Shown one piece after another: positions 45,829 through 54,217 of a stretch of 64,000 nucleotides of DNA (its first letter is position 1; the number at the start of each line of letters is the position of its first letter). The notes below the pieces were generated by a model. It saw only the letters and a program-made list of their open reading frames with translations. It ran no database searches and was not told the origin of the DNA. A program made the position numbers and the translations under genes. The stretch covers positions 5,378-69,377 of the forward strand of contig JAHCRF010000001.1 in NCBI GenBank assembly GCA_020148055.1, in the 5' to 3' direction. The stretch is from Patescibacteria group bacterium (GTDB taxonomy: Bacteria; Patescibacteriota; Minisyncoccia; Minisyncoccales; JAHCRE01).

Positions 45829-45902
45829 GCCCTCGTAGCTTAATTGGAGAAAGCAGGACCCTTCTAAGGTCAAGAGTGCAGGTTCGACTCCTGCCGAGGG
45901 CA
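45829..45902 (+). tRNA. tRNA-Arg (anticodon UCU)
   Basis: Acceptor GCCCTCG/CGAGGGC, anticodon loop CUUCUAA, T-arm GCAGG-TTCGACT-CCTGC. Confidence 0.85.
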
Positions 45903-45905
45903 TTT

Positions 45906-45961
45906 ATGGCGGTCGTAGATTAATTGGATAAAGCGCCAGATTGTATCCACAACCGATCGCT
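45906..45961 (+). other. tRNA-like fragment (about 56 nt)
   Basis: GCGGTCG...CGATCGC can pair as an acceptor stem, and the D-arm GATTAATTGGATAAAGC resembles the neighbouring tRNA-Arg D-arm. There is no anticodon arm and no TTCGA T-loop, and it is too short for a full tRNA. Confidence 0.3.
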
Positions 45962-46013
45962 TTACCCCTTACTACATTTAATTCATAAAAGTGGAACAAT
46001 TTAATTAAATTAT

Positions 46014-46085
46014 GGTGGCCTTAGTGTAGCGGAAGCACAAGGATCTGTGGAGTCCTTAGCGGCGGTTCGAATCCGCTAGGTCACC
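46014..46085 (+). tRNA. tRNA-His (anticodon GUG) with extra 5' G(-1)
   Basis: G-1 opposite discriminator C73; anticodon stem AGGAT/GTCCT; loop CUGUGGA; T-arm GGCGG-TTCGAAT-CCGCT. Confidence 0.85.
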
Positions 46086-46089
46086 CTCT

Positions 46090-46122
46090 AAAAAAACAGC
46101 TCCTCAGAGCTGTTTTTTTTAA
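46090..46122. terminator. bidirectional rho-independent terminator
   Basis: AAAAAAACAGCTC-CTCA-GAGCTGTTTTTTTT between the tRNA cluster and convergent htrA. Confidence 0.6.
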
Positions 46123-46141
46123 TCTTAAATAAATCTTAGTT

Positions 46142-47206
46142 TTATTTTCTTTCTCCTAATTTAGCTTTTAGCATCATTTCTTTTCCTCCTCTTAAAATTT
46201 TTAAATTAATTTCGTCGCCAATTCTAGATTTCTGTAAAATATTTGCCAAGGAATTCTCAGTGGTGATTTTTTCTCCTTCAAATTCTAAGATGATATCAAA
46301 TTCTTTGAGTCCAGCCCGATCGGCTGCACTTCCTCTTACCACTGGCGGTTCTCCCAAAGTCTCTCTAACAATTAAAGCTCCATAATTTACTGGTAATTTA
46401 TTTTTCGTAGCAATTTCTTTATCTAAAATGATATACCTTACTCCCAAAAATGGGATTTTTATTTTTCCATATTTTTTTACCTCCTCTAAGACTCTTTTAA
46501 CATAATTGATCGGAATGGCAAAACCAATATTTTGAGCCCCCATGACCATAGCTGTATTGATACCAATAACTTTCCCTTCAATATCAACCAAAGGTCCTCC
46601 AGAATTTCCTGGATTAATGGCAGCATCAGTCTGGATTAAACCCCTTAGGCTTTCAACCCGGCGAGTCAGTGGTCCAACTGCTTTAATTTTTCGACTGAGG
46701 CCAGAAATAATTCCCGCACTTAATGTATCATGAAATTCTCCTAAAGGATTACCAATAGCAATTACTGTCTGACCTAATTCAATCTTGCCTGAATCTCCTA
46801 ATTCCAGATAGGGAAGATTTTTGTCCTTTATTTTTAAGATAGCAATGTCATTAAGTGGATCTGAAGCCAAAACTTGAGCTGGGTATTTTTTTTCTGGTTC
46901 TAAAATGACGGTGTAATCGGCTTTTGGCTCACTAATTACATGACGACAGGTGAGGATTAGACCATCGGGGGAGGCGATAAACCCCGATCCTCCTCCTATT
47001 TTCACCTTTTCTTTTTCCTTCTTTTCGATTCTTGGGATAATAAATTCTTTACCCCAGAAGGGAAAAAAATAAAAGCCTTCAATTTTGGGAAGATCTTTTG
47101 AAATAACAATAGTTATTACCGCTGGACAGACCTTCTTCGCAACTTCGACTATTGGTGACTTTTCTATCATCAAATTCATTATAATATAAAATCCTATTGT
47201 CAACAA
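46142..47206 (-). CDS. htrA: HtrA/DegP-family serine protease with PDZ domain
   Basis: Trypsin-like catalytic motif GNSGGPLVD plus a C-terminal PDZ domain. 354 aa. Confidence 0.85.
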   Translation of the reverse strand: MLTIGFYIIMNLMIEKSPIVEVAKKVCPAVITIVISKDLPKIEGFYFFPFWGKEFIIPRIEKKEKEKVKIGGGSGFIASPDGLILTCRHVISEPKADYTVILEPEKKYPAQVLASDPLNDIAILKIKDKNLPYLELGDSGKIELGQTVIAIGNPLGEFHDTLSAGIISGLSRKIKAVGPLTRRVESLRGLIQTDAAINPGNSGGPLVDIEGKVIGINTAMVMGAQNIGFAIPINYVKRVLEEVKKYGKIKIPFLGVRYIILDKEIATKNKLPVNYGALIVRETLGEPPVVRGSAADRAGLKEFDIILEFEGEKITTENSLANILQKSRIGDEINLKILRGGKEMMLKAKLGERK

Positions 47207-47339
47207 TCATAATCTTTGCTAAAATTTTAATGAACTCCATTTTAGGAAGAGGGTGACCTGAGCGAAGCGAAGACCAGAGGGAGAAACCTTAGGTGTCTCC
47301 TATGGAGAGCCGAGCGAACGAAGTGAGTGAGGCGATAAA

Positions 47340-47411
47340 GCCCCTGTAGTTCAATGGATAGAGCAAGAGTTTCCTAAACTCTAGATATAGGTTCGAATCC
47401 TGTCAGGGGCA
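47340..47411 (+). tRNA. tRNA-Arg (anticodon CCU)
   Basis: Acceptor GCCCCTG/CAGGGGC, anticodon stem AGAGT/ACTCT, loop UUCCUAA, T-loop GGTTCGAATCC. Confidence 0.85.
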
Positions 47412-47413
47412 CT

Positions 47414-47490
47414 GGGCCCATGGCGCAGTTGGTTAGCGCGCATGTATGGCATACATGAGGTCGCGAGTTCAAATCTCGCTGGGTCCACCA
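47414..47490 (+). tRNA. tRNA-Ala (anticodon GGC), CCA encoded
   Basis: G3:U70 pair; anticodon stem CATGT/ACATG; loop AUGGCAU; T-arm GCGAG-TTCAAAT-CTCGC. The 3' CCA is present. Confidence 0.8.
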
Positions 47491-47511
47491 GGTTAGATAT
47501 GACAACTTTTT

Positions 47512-48489
47512 ATGAAAATATTAGTTACCGGGGCAACCGGTTTTTTGGGTCATCATCTTACGAGAAGATTGGTAAAAGCAGGTTTCAATGTAAGAATATT
47601 AAAGGAAAAAGGAGCCTCTTTAAATTTAATTGAAGATTTAAAATTAGAAACAATAGAAGGCGATATCAGAGATTTCGAGGTCGTTAAAAGAGCAGTTAAA
47701 GGATGTGAAATTGTTTTTCATCTAGCAGCTTTGATTTCCTATTGGGATAAATTAAACCCTCTTCAATATGAAGTAAACGTGATCGGTACTGAGAATATTG
47801 TTAAGAACTGTCTTGAAGAAAAAGTTAAAAGATTAATTCACGTTAGTTCAACAGCAGCAATTGGCACAGAACCTGAGGGGAAATTAGCTAATGAGGAAAC
47901 CTCTTATAATCTCTGGGGTTTTAAAATAAATTATTGTAATACAAAATATTTAGGAGAAATTGAGGTTAGAAAAGGAATAGATAGGGGATTAGATGCCGTA
48001 ATTTTGTGTCCGGGTTCAATGTATGGAGCAGGAGATATTAGGAGAATTAAGGAAGACCCATTTTTTTCACAAGGTATTTTTAGCCTATTTTATATTAGGG
48101 GGGGGTTAGCCGTAGTTGATGTTGAGGATGTGGCAGACGGTTTAATCTTGGCTTGGAAAAAAGGGAAATCTGGCCAAAGATATATTCTGGCAAGTGAAAA
48201 TTTAACCTTTTTTGAAATTAAAAAGACAATTTCTGAATTTTTAGGAAAGGAACCACCAAAAATTTGTCTTCCTTATCCAATTTTTTTAGCTTTAGCTTAT
48301 ACTTTAAATTGGTTAGCTATTTTGACTAAAAAAAGACCCAAGATTACCTCAACGATGGCCCGTTTTAATAAAATTTATTTTTATTTCTCAGCGAAGAAAG
48401 CGAGAAAAAAATTAGGAATGAAATTTAGGTCTTTTAAAGAATCAATTAAAAAGGCAATAGATTGGTATAAAGAAAATGGCTATTTATAA
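47512..48489 (+). CDS. NAD-dependent epimerase/dehydratase (extended SDR)
   Basis: Rossmann motif ILVTGATGFLGHHL. 325 aa. Confidence 0.75.
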   Translation: MKILVTGATGFLGHHLTRRLVKAGFNVRILKEKGASLNLIEDLKLETIEGDIRDFEVVKRAVKGCEIVFHLAALISYWDKLNPLQYEVNVIGTENIVKNCLEEKVKRLIHVSSTAAIGTEPEGKLANEETSYNLWGFKINYCNTKYLGEIEVRKGIDRGLDAVILCPGSMYGAGDIRRIKEDPFFSQGIFSLFYIRGGLAVVDVEDVADGLILAWKKGKSGQRYILASENLTFFEIKKTISEFLGKEPPKICLPYPIFLALAYTLNWLAILTKKRPKITSTMARFNKIYFYFSAKKARKKLGMKFRSFKESIKKAIDWYKENGYL

Positions 48490-48588
48490 AGGCGAGAATT
48501 ATACTTCTTTTAGGATCTAAAAATCTTGCCTAAGGCAAGTTTTTTTATTGATTTTGAATAAAAAAAATGCTATCTTAAGATTATAATC

Positions 48589-48675
48589 GGAGAGGTGGCT
48601 GAACGGAAAAGCACAGGCCTCGAAAACCTGAACCCTCTTTAGGGTCTGTGGGTTCGAATCCCACCCTCTCCGCCA
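48589..48675 (+). tRNA. tRNA-Ser (anticodon CGA), type II with long variable arm, CCA encoded
   Basis: Acceptor GGAGAGG/CCTCTCC, anticodon loop CUCGAAA, long variable arm, T-arm GTGGG-TTCGAAT-CCCAC, discriminator G then CCA. Confidence 0.75.
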
Positions 48676-48678
48676 AAA

Positions 48679-49116
48679 ATGAAAAAAGAATATTTCAAAT
48701 TTGTTTCAGCTTGTCATTTATTTCTCATAAATGGAAATAAAATTTTATTGTTAAGGCGATTTAATACTGGTTGGGAAGATGGCAAATATAGTGTGGTCGC
48801 TGGTCATTTAGATGGCAATGAGACAGTAAAGGCCGCTATGATAAGAGAGGCCAAAGAAGAAGTGGGAATAGATATTAACGAAGACGATTTAGAGTTTTTT
48901 CAAGTAATGCATCGAAAATCAGAAGAAGAGCGTATTGATTTTTTCTTTCTAGTCAAGAAATGGTCTGGCAATATTGAGATTAAAGAGCCTCATAAATGTG
49001 ATCAGTTGGATTGGTTTGGTTTGGATAAACTCCCAGGAAATATGGTAGCTTATGTGAAAAGAGCTATCGAGAATTATAAAAATCAGATAAATTTTGATCA
49101 ATTCGGCTGGGATTAA
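48679..49116 (+). CDS. NUDIX hydrolase
   Basis: Nudix box GHLDGNETVKAAMIREAKEEVGI. Confidence 0.7.
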   Translation: MKKEYFKFVSACHLFLINGNKILLLRRFNTGWEDGKYSVVAGHLDGNETVKAAMIREAKEEVGIDINEDDLEFFQVMHRKSEEERIDFFFLVKKWSGNIEIKEPHKCDQLDWFGLDKLPGNMVAYVKRAIENYKNQINFDQFGWD

Positions 49117-49119
49117 AAT

Positions 49120-49494
49120 ATGTTTAATTTTTTTGAAAAAAAGAAAAAAAAGCCAAAGAATCTTAAAGAGATCCTAACTCGTTTTAATGATTTGGAGAAA
49201 AATTTTGAAAAACTTTCTGAAGAATTAGAGAGATTGAAAGGAGAAAGCCAATTTTCTATTCAGAAGACAGGAATAGTAAGATTTAATCCTTTCTCTGAAA
49301 TTGGAGGTGATCAAAGTTTCTCTATTGCTTTACTTAATAGAAATAATAATGGCTTTGTTATTACCAGTTTTTATACTCGGGAGAGAAATCGAGTTTTTGC
49401 AAAGCCAATAGTTAATGGAAAATCTCAATATTTTTTGTCGAAAGAAGAAAAAGAGGCAATAGAAAAAGCAATAAACACTGAACCCAAATGTTGA
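49120..49494 (+). CDS. hypothetical protein (possibly DUF4446-like)
   Basis: Coiled-coil N-terminus, then GIVRFNPFSEIGGDQSFSIALLN...VITSFYTRERNRVFAKP. The family assignment is from memory only. Confidence 0.35.
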   Translation: MFNFFEKKKKKPKNLKEILTRFNDLEKNFEKLSEELERLKGESQFSIQKTGIVRFNPFSEIGGDQSFSIALLNRNNNGFVITSFYTRERNRVFAKPIVNGKSQYFLSKEEKEAIEKAINTEPKC

Positions 49495-49535
49495 CAAAAT
49501 TTCGGCAACCGAATAATTTTTGTCAAATTTTAACT

Positions 49536-51032
49536 TCAATGGTTGAAAAGAAAGACCAAAATTTAGCATCCCGTCCTCCGGTAGTAGTAGTTTTAGGACA
49601 TGTTGATTCAGGGAAAACCTCAATTTTGGATTATATCAGAAAAACTCAGGTGGCTAAAAAAGAGGCCGGCGGGATTACTCAGCATATTGGAGCTTATCAG
49701 ATTGAAAAGGAAGGAAAAGAAATTACCTTTATTGATACTCCTGGCCATGAGGCTTTTTCAGCGATGAGAGCAAGAGGGGCAAAAGTTGCCGATATTGCTA
49801 TTTTGGTGATTGATGGAGTTGAGGGAGTAAAAGCCCAAACCAAAGAAGCCATCTCATATATAAAAAAGGTCCAGATTCCAATGGTTGTGGCTATAAATAA
49901 AATTGATAAAACAGCGGCTGATTCAGAAAGGGTTAAAAGAGAACTTTCAAAACAGAATATTTTAGTTGAGTCAATGGGAGGGAAAGTTCCTTCAGTTGGG
50001 GTTTCAGCAAAAACCGGGAGAGGGATTGAAAATCTCTTGGAATTAATTTTATTGGTGGCTGAAATGGAGAATTTTAAAGGTGATATCTCAAAATCAGCCG
50101 AGGGAGTGGTGATCGAATCATATTTAGATAGTTTGCGAGGACCAACCGCTACTTTACTTTTAAGAGACGGAATTTTAAGATCGGGTGATATTGTTGGAAC
50201 TTCTTCAACTTTTGGGAAAATTAGAACTTTGGAAAATTTTCAAGGGAAACTAATCAAGACAGCCCAACCCTCAATGCCAGTTATTTTGCTTGGTTTTGAG
50301 AATGTTCCCCAAGTTGGAGAAAAATTTAAGGTTTTCGGTGACGCTCAGCAAGCTAAAGATTATCTTCAGAAACCAGAAAGAAAAGGAGTTGGAAAAGTGT
50401 TTTTTATTGAACCTGGTAAAAGAGTTCTAAATTTGGTTTTAAAAACCGATGTTTTGGGATCAATTGAGGCAATTGAAGAAGTTTTGAAAGGTCTTCCCCA
50501 AGAAAAAGTCATTTTAAGAATTTTAAAAACTGAAGCCGGAGATATTAATGAATCTGATGTTAAGTTGGCAAAGTCGGCCAAGGCAAAAGTCTTGGGTTTT
50601 CGAGTAAAAATAAGTCCAATTGCTCAGAGTTTAGCTGAAAAAGAAAAAATTAAAATTATGACTTTTGAGGTTATTTATGATTTTGTTCAGGCTGTTCGGG
50701 AGTTAATGGAAAAAATTTTAGAACCGGAGACAATCAGAACAGACTTAGGGAAAGTTAAAACTTTAATAATTTTTCGAACTGAAAGAAATCGTCAGATTAT
50801 TGGCGGTAGAGTTACTACAGGGGAGGTTAAAAAGGGAGTTTTAATCGAGATTTTTCGAGGTGAAGAGAAAATTGGCCAGGGAAAACTGATTAATCTCCAA
50901 ATAAATAAAAAAGATGTTGAAAAGGCGGGCATGGGGGATGAGTGTGGAATTTTATACGAGGGCAATATAAAAATTGAAGAAGGTGATATTTTAGTAATTT
51001 ACACTCAGGAGAGGAGAAAGGGGGAGTTATAG
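49536..51032 (+). CDS. infB: translation initiation factor IF-2 (short form lacking the N-terminal region)
   Basis: G-domain VVVVLGHVDSGKTSILD ... DTPGHEAF ... NKID, then domain II and C1/C2. The ATG at 49536 is preferred. An upstream TTG at 49488 is possible. Confidence 0.8.
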   Translation, partial: SMVEKKDQNLASRPPVVVVLGHVDSGKTSILDYIRKTQVAKKEAGGITQHIGAYQIEKEGKEITFIDTPGHEAFSAMRARGAKVADIAILVIDGVEGVKAQTKEAISYIKKVQIPMVVAINKIDKTAADSERVKRELSKQNILVESMGGKVPSVGVSAKTGRGIENLLELILLVAEMENFKGDISKSAEGVVIESYLDSLRGPTATLLLRDGILRSGDIVGTSSTFGKIRTLENFQGKLIKTAQPSMPVILLGFENVPQVGEKFKVFGDAQQAKDYLQKPERKGVGKVFFIEPGKRVLNLVLKTDVLGSIEAIEEVLKGLPQEKVILRILKTEAGDINESDVKLAKSAKAKVLGFRVKISPIAQSLAEKEKIKIMTFEVIYDFVQAVRELMEKILEPETIRTDLGKVKTLIIFRTERNRQIIGGRVTTGEVKKGVLIEIFRGEEKIGQGKLINLQINKKDVEKAGMGDECGILYEGNIKIEEGDILVIYTQERRKGEL

Positions 51033-51035
51033 AAA

Positions 51036-51377
51036 ATGTCCAAACGTATTCAACGCGTCAACCAACTTATTAAAAAAGAGCTTGGAAAAATTCTTCTTCG
51101 AGAGGGAGATTTTTCAAAAGAGACCTTAGTGACTCTTACCAGAGTTGAAACTTCGATTGATTTAAGAGAAGCTAAAGTCTGGATTTCTGTTTTTCCTAGA
51201 AATCAAACCACTAAAGTTATTCAGATTTTAAATCGAAAAATTTATGATTTTCAGCAAAAAATTAACAAAATCCTCAAGATGAGGCCGGTCCCCAAAATAA
51301 AGTTTTTAATTGAAACAAGAGCTAAAGAAGCAGCCAGAATTGAAGAACTCTTAGAAAAAATAAAAAAATCTGGTTGA
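51036..51377 (+). CDS. rbfA: ribosome-binding factor A
   Basis: MSKRIQRVNQLIKKELGKIL RbfA start. Conserved infB-rbfA order. 113 aa. Confidence 0.85.
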   Translation: MSKRIQRVNQLIKKELGKILLREGDFSKETLVTLTRVETSIDLREAKVWISVFPRNQTTKVIQILNRKIYDFQQKINKILKMRPVPKIKFLIETRAKEAARIEELLEKIKKSG

Positions 51378-51408
51378 AAAAATGTTTGAAACTGCTAAGA
51401 TAATTAGT

Positions 51409-51481
51409 GGCCAGGTAGCCAAGTAGCTAAGGCGGCAGTCTGCAAAACTGCTATACGTGGGTGCAATTCCCGCCCTGGCCT
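51409..51481 (+). tRNA. tRNA-Cys (anticodon GCA) with atypical T-loop
   Basis: Acceptor GGCCAGG/CCTGGCC, anticodon stem GCAGT/ACTGC, loop CUGCAAA, discriminator U. The T-loop reads TGCAATT, with G instead of the usual U at position 55. Confidence 0.65.
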
Positions 51482-51490
51482 CAAAATTTT

Positions 51491-51575
51491 GCCCGGGTGG
51501 AGGAATGGGTAGACTCGAGAGACTTAAAATCTCTTGGATGAATAATCCGTGTGGGTTCGAGTCCCACCCCGGGCA
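51491..51575 (+). tRNA. tRNA-Leu (anticodon UAA), type II
   Basis: Acceptor GCCCGGG/CCCGGGC, anticodon stem AGAGA/TCTCT, loop CUUAAAA, long variable arm, T-arm GTGGG-TTCGAGT-CCCAC. Confidence 0.8.
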
Positions 51576-51638
51576 TAAATAAAAAACTCGGCGTAGTTGC
51601 GCCGGGCCTTTTATATAAGGAGATTTAATCTCCGAAGC

Positions 51639-52163
51639 TTAACCTTCCAACATTTCAATATAGGCTCTTTTTGATCCAAAATTTAAGGCTTGCCAATAAG
51701 AAGGGAACCAGATATCAACATGGTAATACCCTTTTTTCCAATGCATTCTATCTTCAACCACAAAAACTTTATCTCCATAGATTTCCGGTATCCTGATTTT
51801 TGTTCCAAAGGGAAGCAGATTATTTGCCACAACTCCCTCTCTTACCAGAGTACCAGCTGCAGTGATATAGGGATTATCGTCGGTCTCAAAAGGCGAAGAG
51901 GAATAAGCAGTCACAATTACTTTTATTTTTCGGACCACCTGGACAGGATTAGAATAATTAGAAGCTGACAAAAGGCTATTTCCTTGGACAATAGGCAATC
52001 TATTTCCTAAAATCTCTTCAATAGAAAACTCAGCTAAATTAGCCTCTATTTTTTGAATTTTAGCCTCAAAAATAGACCTTCCACCAATGTAAAATCCGAT
52101 GACTATCAGAATAATTAAGATATTTTTGCCCCAAAAATTAGGGCATTTTGATTTCTTACTCAT
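51639..52163 (-). CDS. 3D-domain (MltA/YuiC-like) cell-wall-binding protein
   Basis: N-terminal TM. C-terminal GTKIRIPEIYGDKVFVVEDRMHWKKGYYHVDIWF resembles the 3D domain with conserved Asp residues. Confidence 0.5.
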   Translation of the reverse strand: MSKKSKCPNFWGKNILIILIVIGFYIGGRSIFEAKIQKIEANLAEFSIEEILGNRLPIVQGNSLLSASNYSNPVQVVRKIKVIVTAYSSSPFETDDNPYITAAGTLVREGVVANNLLPFGTKIRIPEIYGDKVFVVEDRMHWKKGYYHVDIWFPSYWQALNFGSKRAYIEMLEG

Positions 52164-52334
52164 TTTTAAAACCCCTTAAAGGGGTTGTACCATTTTAGCT
52201 TATCCACAAGGGCTGTCAAGAGTAAACCAAAAACCCGAGAAAAACTCTCGGGCGGCGGAAATAAAGAAGAGACAAAAACGGGACCCAATCTCTTAATGAA
52301 AAAGGAGCTTAGCTCCTTTTATAAATTTGCACTG

Positions 52335-52406
52335 AGCGGGTGAAGGGAGTCGAACCCTCTTCTTAATCTTGGCAAGATCATATAATAACCGTTATACTAC
52401 ACCCGC
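52335..52406 (-). tRNA. tRNA-Gly (anticodon GCC)
   Basis: Acceptor GCGGGTG/CACCCGC, anticodon stem TGATC/GATTA, loop UUGCCAA, T-arm GAGGG-TTCGACT-CCCTT. Confidence 0.8.
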
Positions 52407-52412
52407 TTTTTG

Positions 52413-52487
52413 TGCCGCGGACCAGACTTGCACTGGTGAAACCTCGTCTTTTTCAGAGACGCGCTCTACTACCTGAGCTACCGCGGC
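52413..52487 (-). tRNA. tRNA-Phe (anticodon GAA) with atypical T-loop and 7-nt variable loop
   Basis: Acceptor GCCGCGG/CCGCGGC, D-arm GCTC-AGGTAGTA-GAGC, anticodon stem CGTCT/AGACG, loop CUGAAAA. The T-arm is ACCAG-TGCAAGT-CTGGT, with G at position 55. Confidence 0.65.
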
Positions 52488-52490
52488 TGA

Positions 52491-52901
52491 TTATTCGGGA
52501 TATACTTTCCCTTTTAGAAGATTTTTAAGAGGCAAAAATAAAGGTTTTGGTAAACTATTCCAGTCAAACCAGTTGATTTTTGACATTTCTTCATTACAAA
52601 TTTTAGATTTGCTGGATTTCCAATCAGAGATTACCCATATTGTAATGTAATGCTTTTTCTCTTTTTTGAAAAGATCCTCGGTGAAACCCACTACTTCTAA
52701 GTTTTTAATTTCAATTCCTATTTCTTCCTTTACTTCTCTTTTAGCGCAATTGGTAACACTTTCTCCAAAATCAATGTGTCCTCCAGGCGGAGCCCAAGTT
52801 TCTGCTCCATGAGAACCCCTTCTTTTCATTAACAGTATCTTTTTCTTTTTATTTATAATAACTCCAACCCCGACTCTAACTTTTTTATTCTTTTCTTTCA
52901 T
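52491..52901 (-). CDS. NUDIX hydrolase
   Basis: Nudix box GGHIDFGESVTNCAKREVKEEIGIE. The start is set at MKEKNKK (ATG 52901) because the upstream part of the supplied ORF overlaps tRNA-Val. Confidence 0.7.
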   Translation of the reverse strand: MKEKNKKVRVGVGVIINKKKKILLMKRRGSHGAETWAPPGGHIDFGESVTNCAKREVKEEIGIEIKNLEVVGFTEDLFKKEKKHYITIWVISDWKSSKSKICNEEMSKINWFDWNSLPKPLFLPLKNLLKGKVYPE

Positions 52902-52912
52902 TGTTTTGAAGA

Positions 52913-52986
52913 TGGGCGGCATAGGACTCGAACCCATAACCTCCGCGATGTAAGCGCGACGCTCTAACCATTGAGCTAGCCGCCCC
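52913..52986 (-). tRNA. tRNA-Val (anticodon UAC)
   Basis: Acceptor GGGCGGC/GCCGCCC, anticodon stem TCGCG/CGCGG, loop CUUACAU, T-arm ATGGG-TTCGAGT-CCTAT. Confidence 0.85.
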
Positions 52987-52995
52987 TTTTCTTGC

Positions 52996-53082
52996 TGGTG
53001 CCCAGGGCGGGACTCGAACCCGCAAGGGGTTACCCCCACTACCACCTCAAGGTAGCGAGTTTTCCAATTTCTCCACCTGGGC
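52996..53082 (-). tRNA. tRNA-Leu (anticodon GAG), type II, CCA encoded
   Basis: Acceptor GCCCAGG/CCTGGGC, anticodon stem CTACC/GGTAG, loop UUGAGGU, long variable arm, T-arm CGGG-TTCGAGT-CCCG, then ACCA. Confidence 0.8.
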
Positions 53083-53787
53083 GAACTGACTTTGTTCGTT
53101 ATAATTTATATTTATTTGGAAAATTTTTCGAGCTTTTTCATATTTTCGTTGTAAAAAAGGAATATTATCTGAATAAAACATTTTATTAAACAGAATAACG
53201 CTCTCTTCCTTTGCATATCTTAAGAGATAAGTATTGTTACCCGCAGACCCAATACTTCCGTTTAATCTACAGAGATTCTTAATCTTTTCTTGTAGCCATT
53301 TAAGAAAATTAAGACTTGCTGAGGAAAACGCAATGTAAAACATAAAACTACTATGCCATCGAGAATCCCAAAACGAGTAAATTGTTCCATCGCCATCAAA
53401 ACACCCTCTTAGAAAATCAAAGAAATATTTATTCGGAATTTCAAGCTTAGAAATTGCTTTTGATTTATTAGGCATTAATCCAATTTTCAGAAGCCATTTA
53501 TAAAGTTTGACATTACTAAATTGAATGCGGGGATATCTTTTATCTGTAGATCCGCTTGTTTTTGTCCCAATCTCCACATCGATTAAATTCATACATTTCT
53601 TAAAAGTTTTCACTAATTGGATATCATTAGACGTAAACTCAAGATGTCTACCATCTTTAGATAAATTTCCATCGGTAGTTAATAATCCAATCGCATAAGC
53701 GAATTCAGGAGTCAATTTTATCTTATAATTTTTATTTTTCTGACTTCCTCTCATTTTTATTTTTTTATTATTTTTGATTCTAACCAA
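53047..53787 (-). CDS. free-standing double-motif LAGLIDADG homing endonuclease
   Basis: First motif FAYAIGLLTTDGNL; second motif FLRGCFDGDGTI. About 246 aa with the usual two-half architecture. The last 36 nt of the ORF overlap the 5' part of tRNA-Leu(GAG). Confidence 0.7.
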   Translation of the reverse strand: MVRIKNNKKIKMRGSQKNKNYKIKLTPEFAYAIGLLTTDGNLSKDGRHLEFTSNDIQLVKTFKKCMNLIDVEIGTKTSGSTDKRYPRIQFSNVKLYKWLLKIGLMPNKSKAISKLEIPNKYFFDFLRGCFDGDGTIYSFWDSRWHSSFMFYIAFSSASLNFLKWLQEKIKNLCRLNGSIGSAGNNTYLLRYAKEESVILFNKMFYSDNIPFLQRKYEKARKIFQININYNEQSQFAQVEKLENSLP

Positions 53788-53806
53788 TTTTGTTCCGTCC
53801 GCCCAT

Positions 53807-54217
53807 TTATTTAATTTCCTTAATTTCTTCGGATTTCTGCCCTAATTTCTCTTCGGTCGTAGCTTTAACAAATTCTTTTCTTTTCAATTTTGCCTTCTTT
53901 CCTTTAACTTTTCTTAAATAGTAAAGTTTTGCCCTTCTGACTTTTCCTCTCTTTGTAATTTCTATTTTTTCAATAGTAGGGGAGTGAAGAGGAAAAATTC
54001 TTTCTACTCCGATTCCAGAAATTATCTTTCTGACCGTGATTGTAGCTCCAATTCCTTTACCATGTTTCCTAGCTAAAACTACTCCTTCAAAAACTTGAAT
54101 TCTTTCTTTACCTTTTTCTCTAATTTTTTGGTAAACCTTAACGGTATCACCCGATCTAATATCCGGTAGGTCTTTTTTTAGAAAAGGCCCTAAGAATTTC
54201 TCGATTTTAGTCACCAT
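53807..54217 (-). CDS. rplS: 50S ribosomal protein L19
   Basis: [45 protein letters not shown] is the L19 pattern. 136 aa. Confidence 0.9.
   Translation of the reverse strand: MVTKIEKFLGPFLKKDLPDIRSGDTVKVYQKIREKGKERIQVFEGVVLARKHGKGIGATITVRKIISGIGVERIFPLHSPTIEKIEITKRGKVRRAKLYYLRKVKGKKAKLKRKEFVKATTEEKLGQKSEEIKEIK

Noticed and set aside
52992-53189. 65-aa plus-strand ORF
   Set aside because: It is antisense to tRNA-Val, tRNA-Leu and the 3' end of the LAGLIDADG gene. It has no support.
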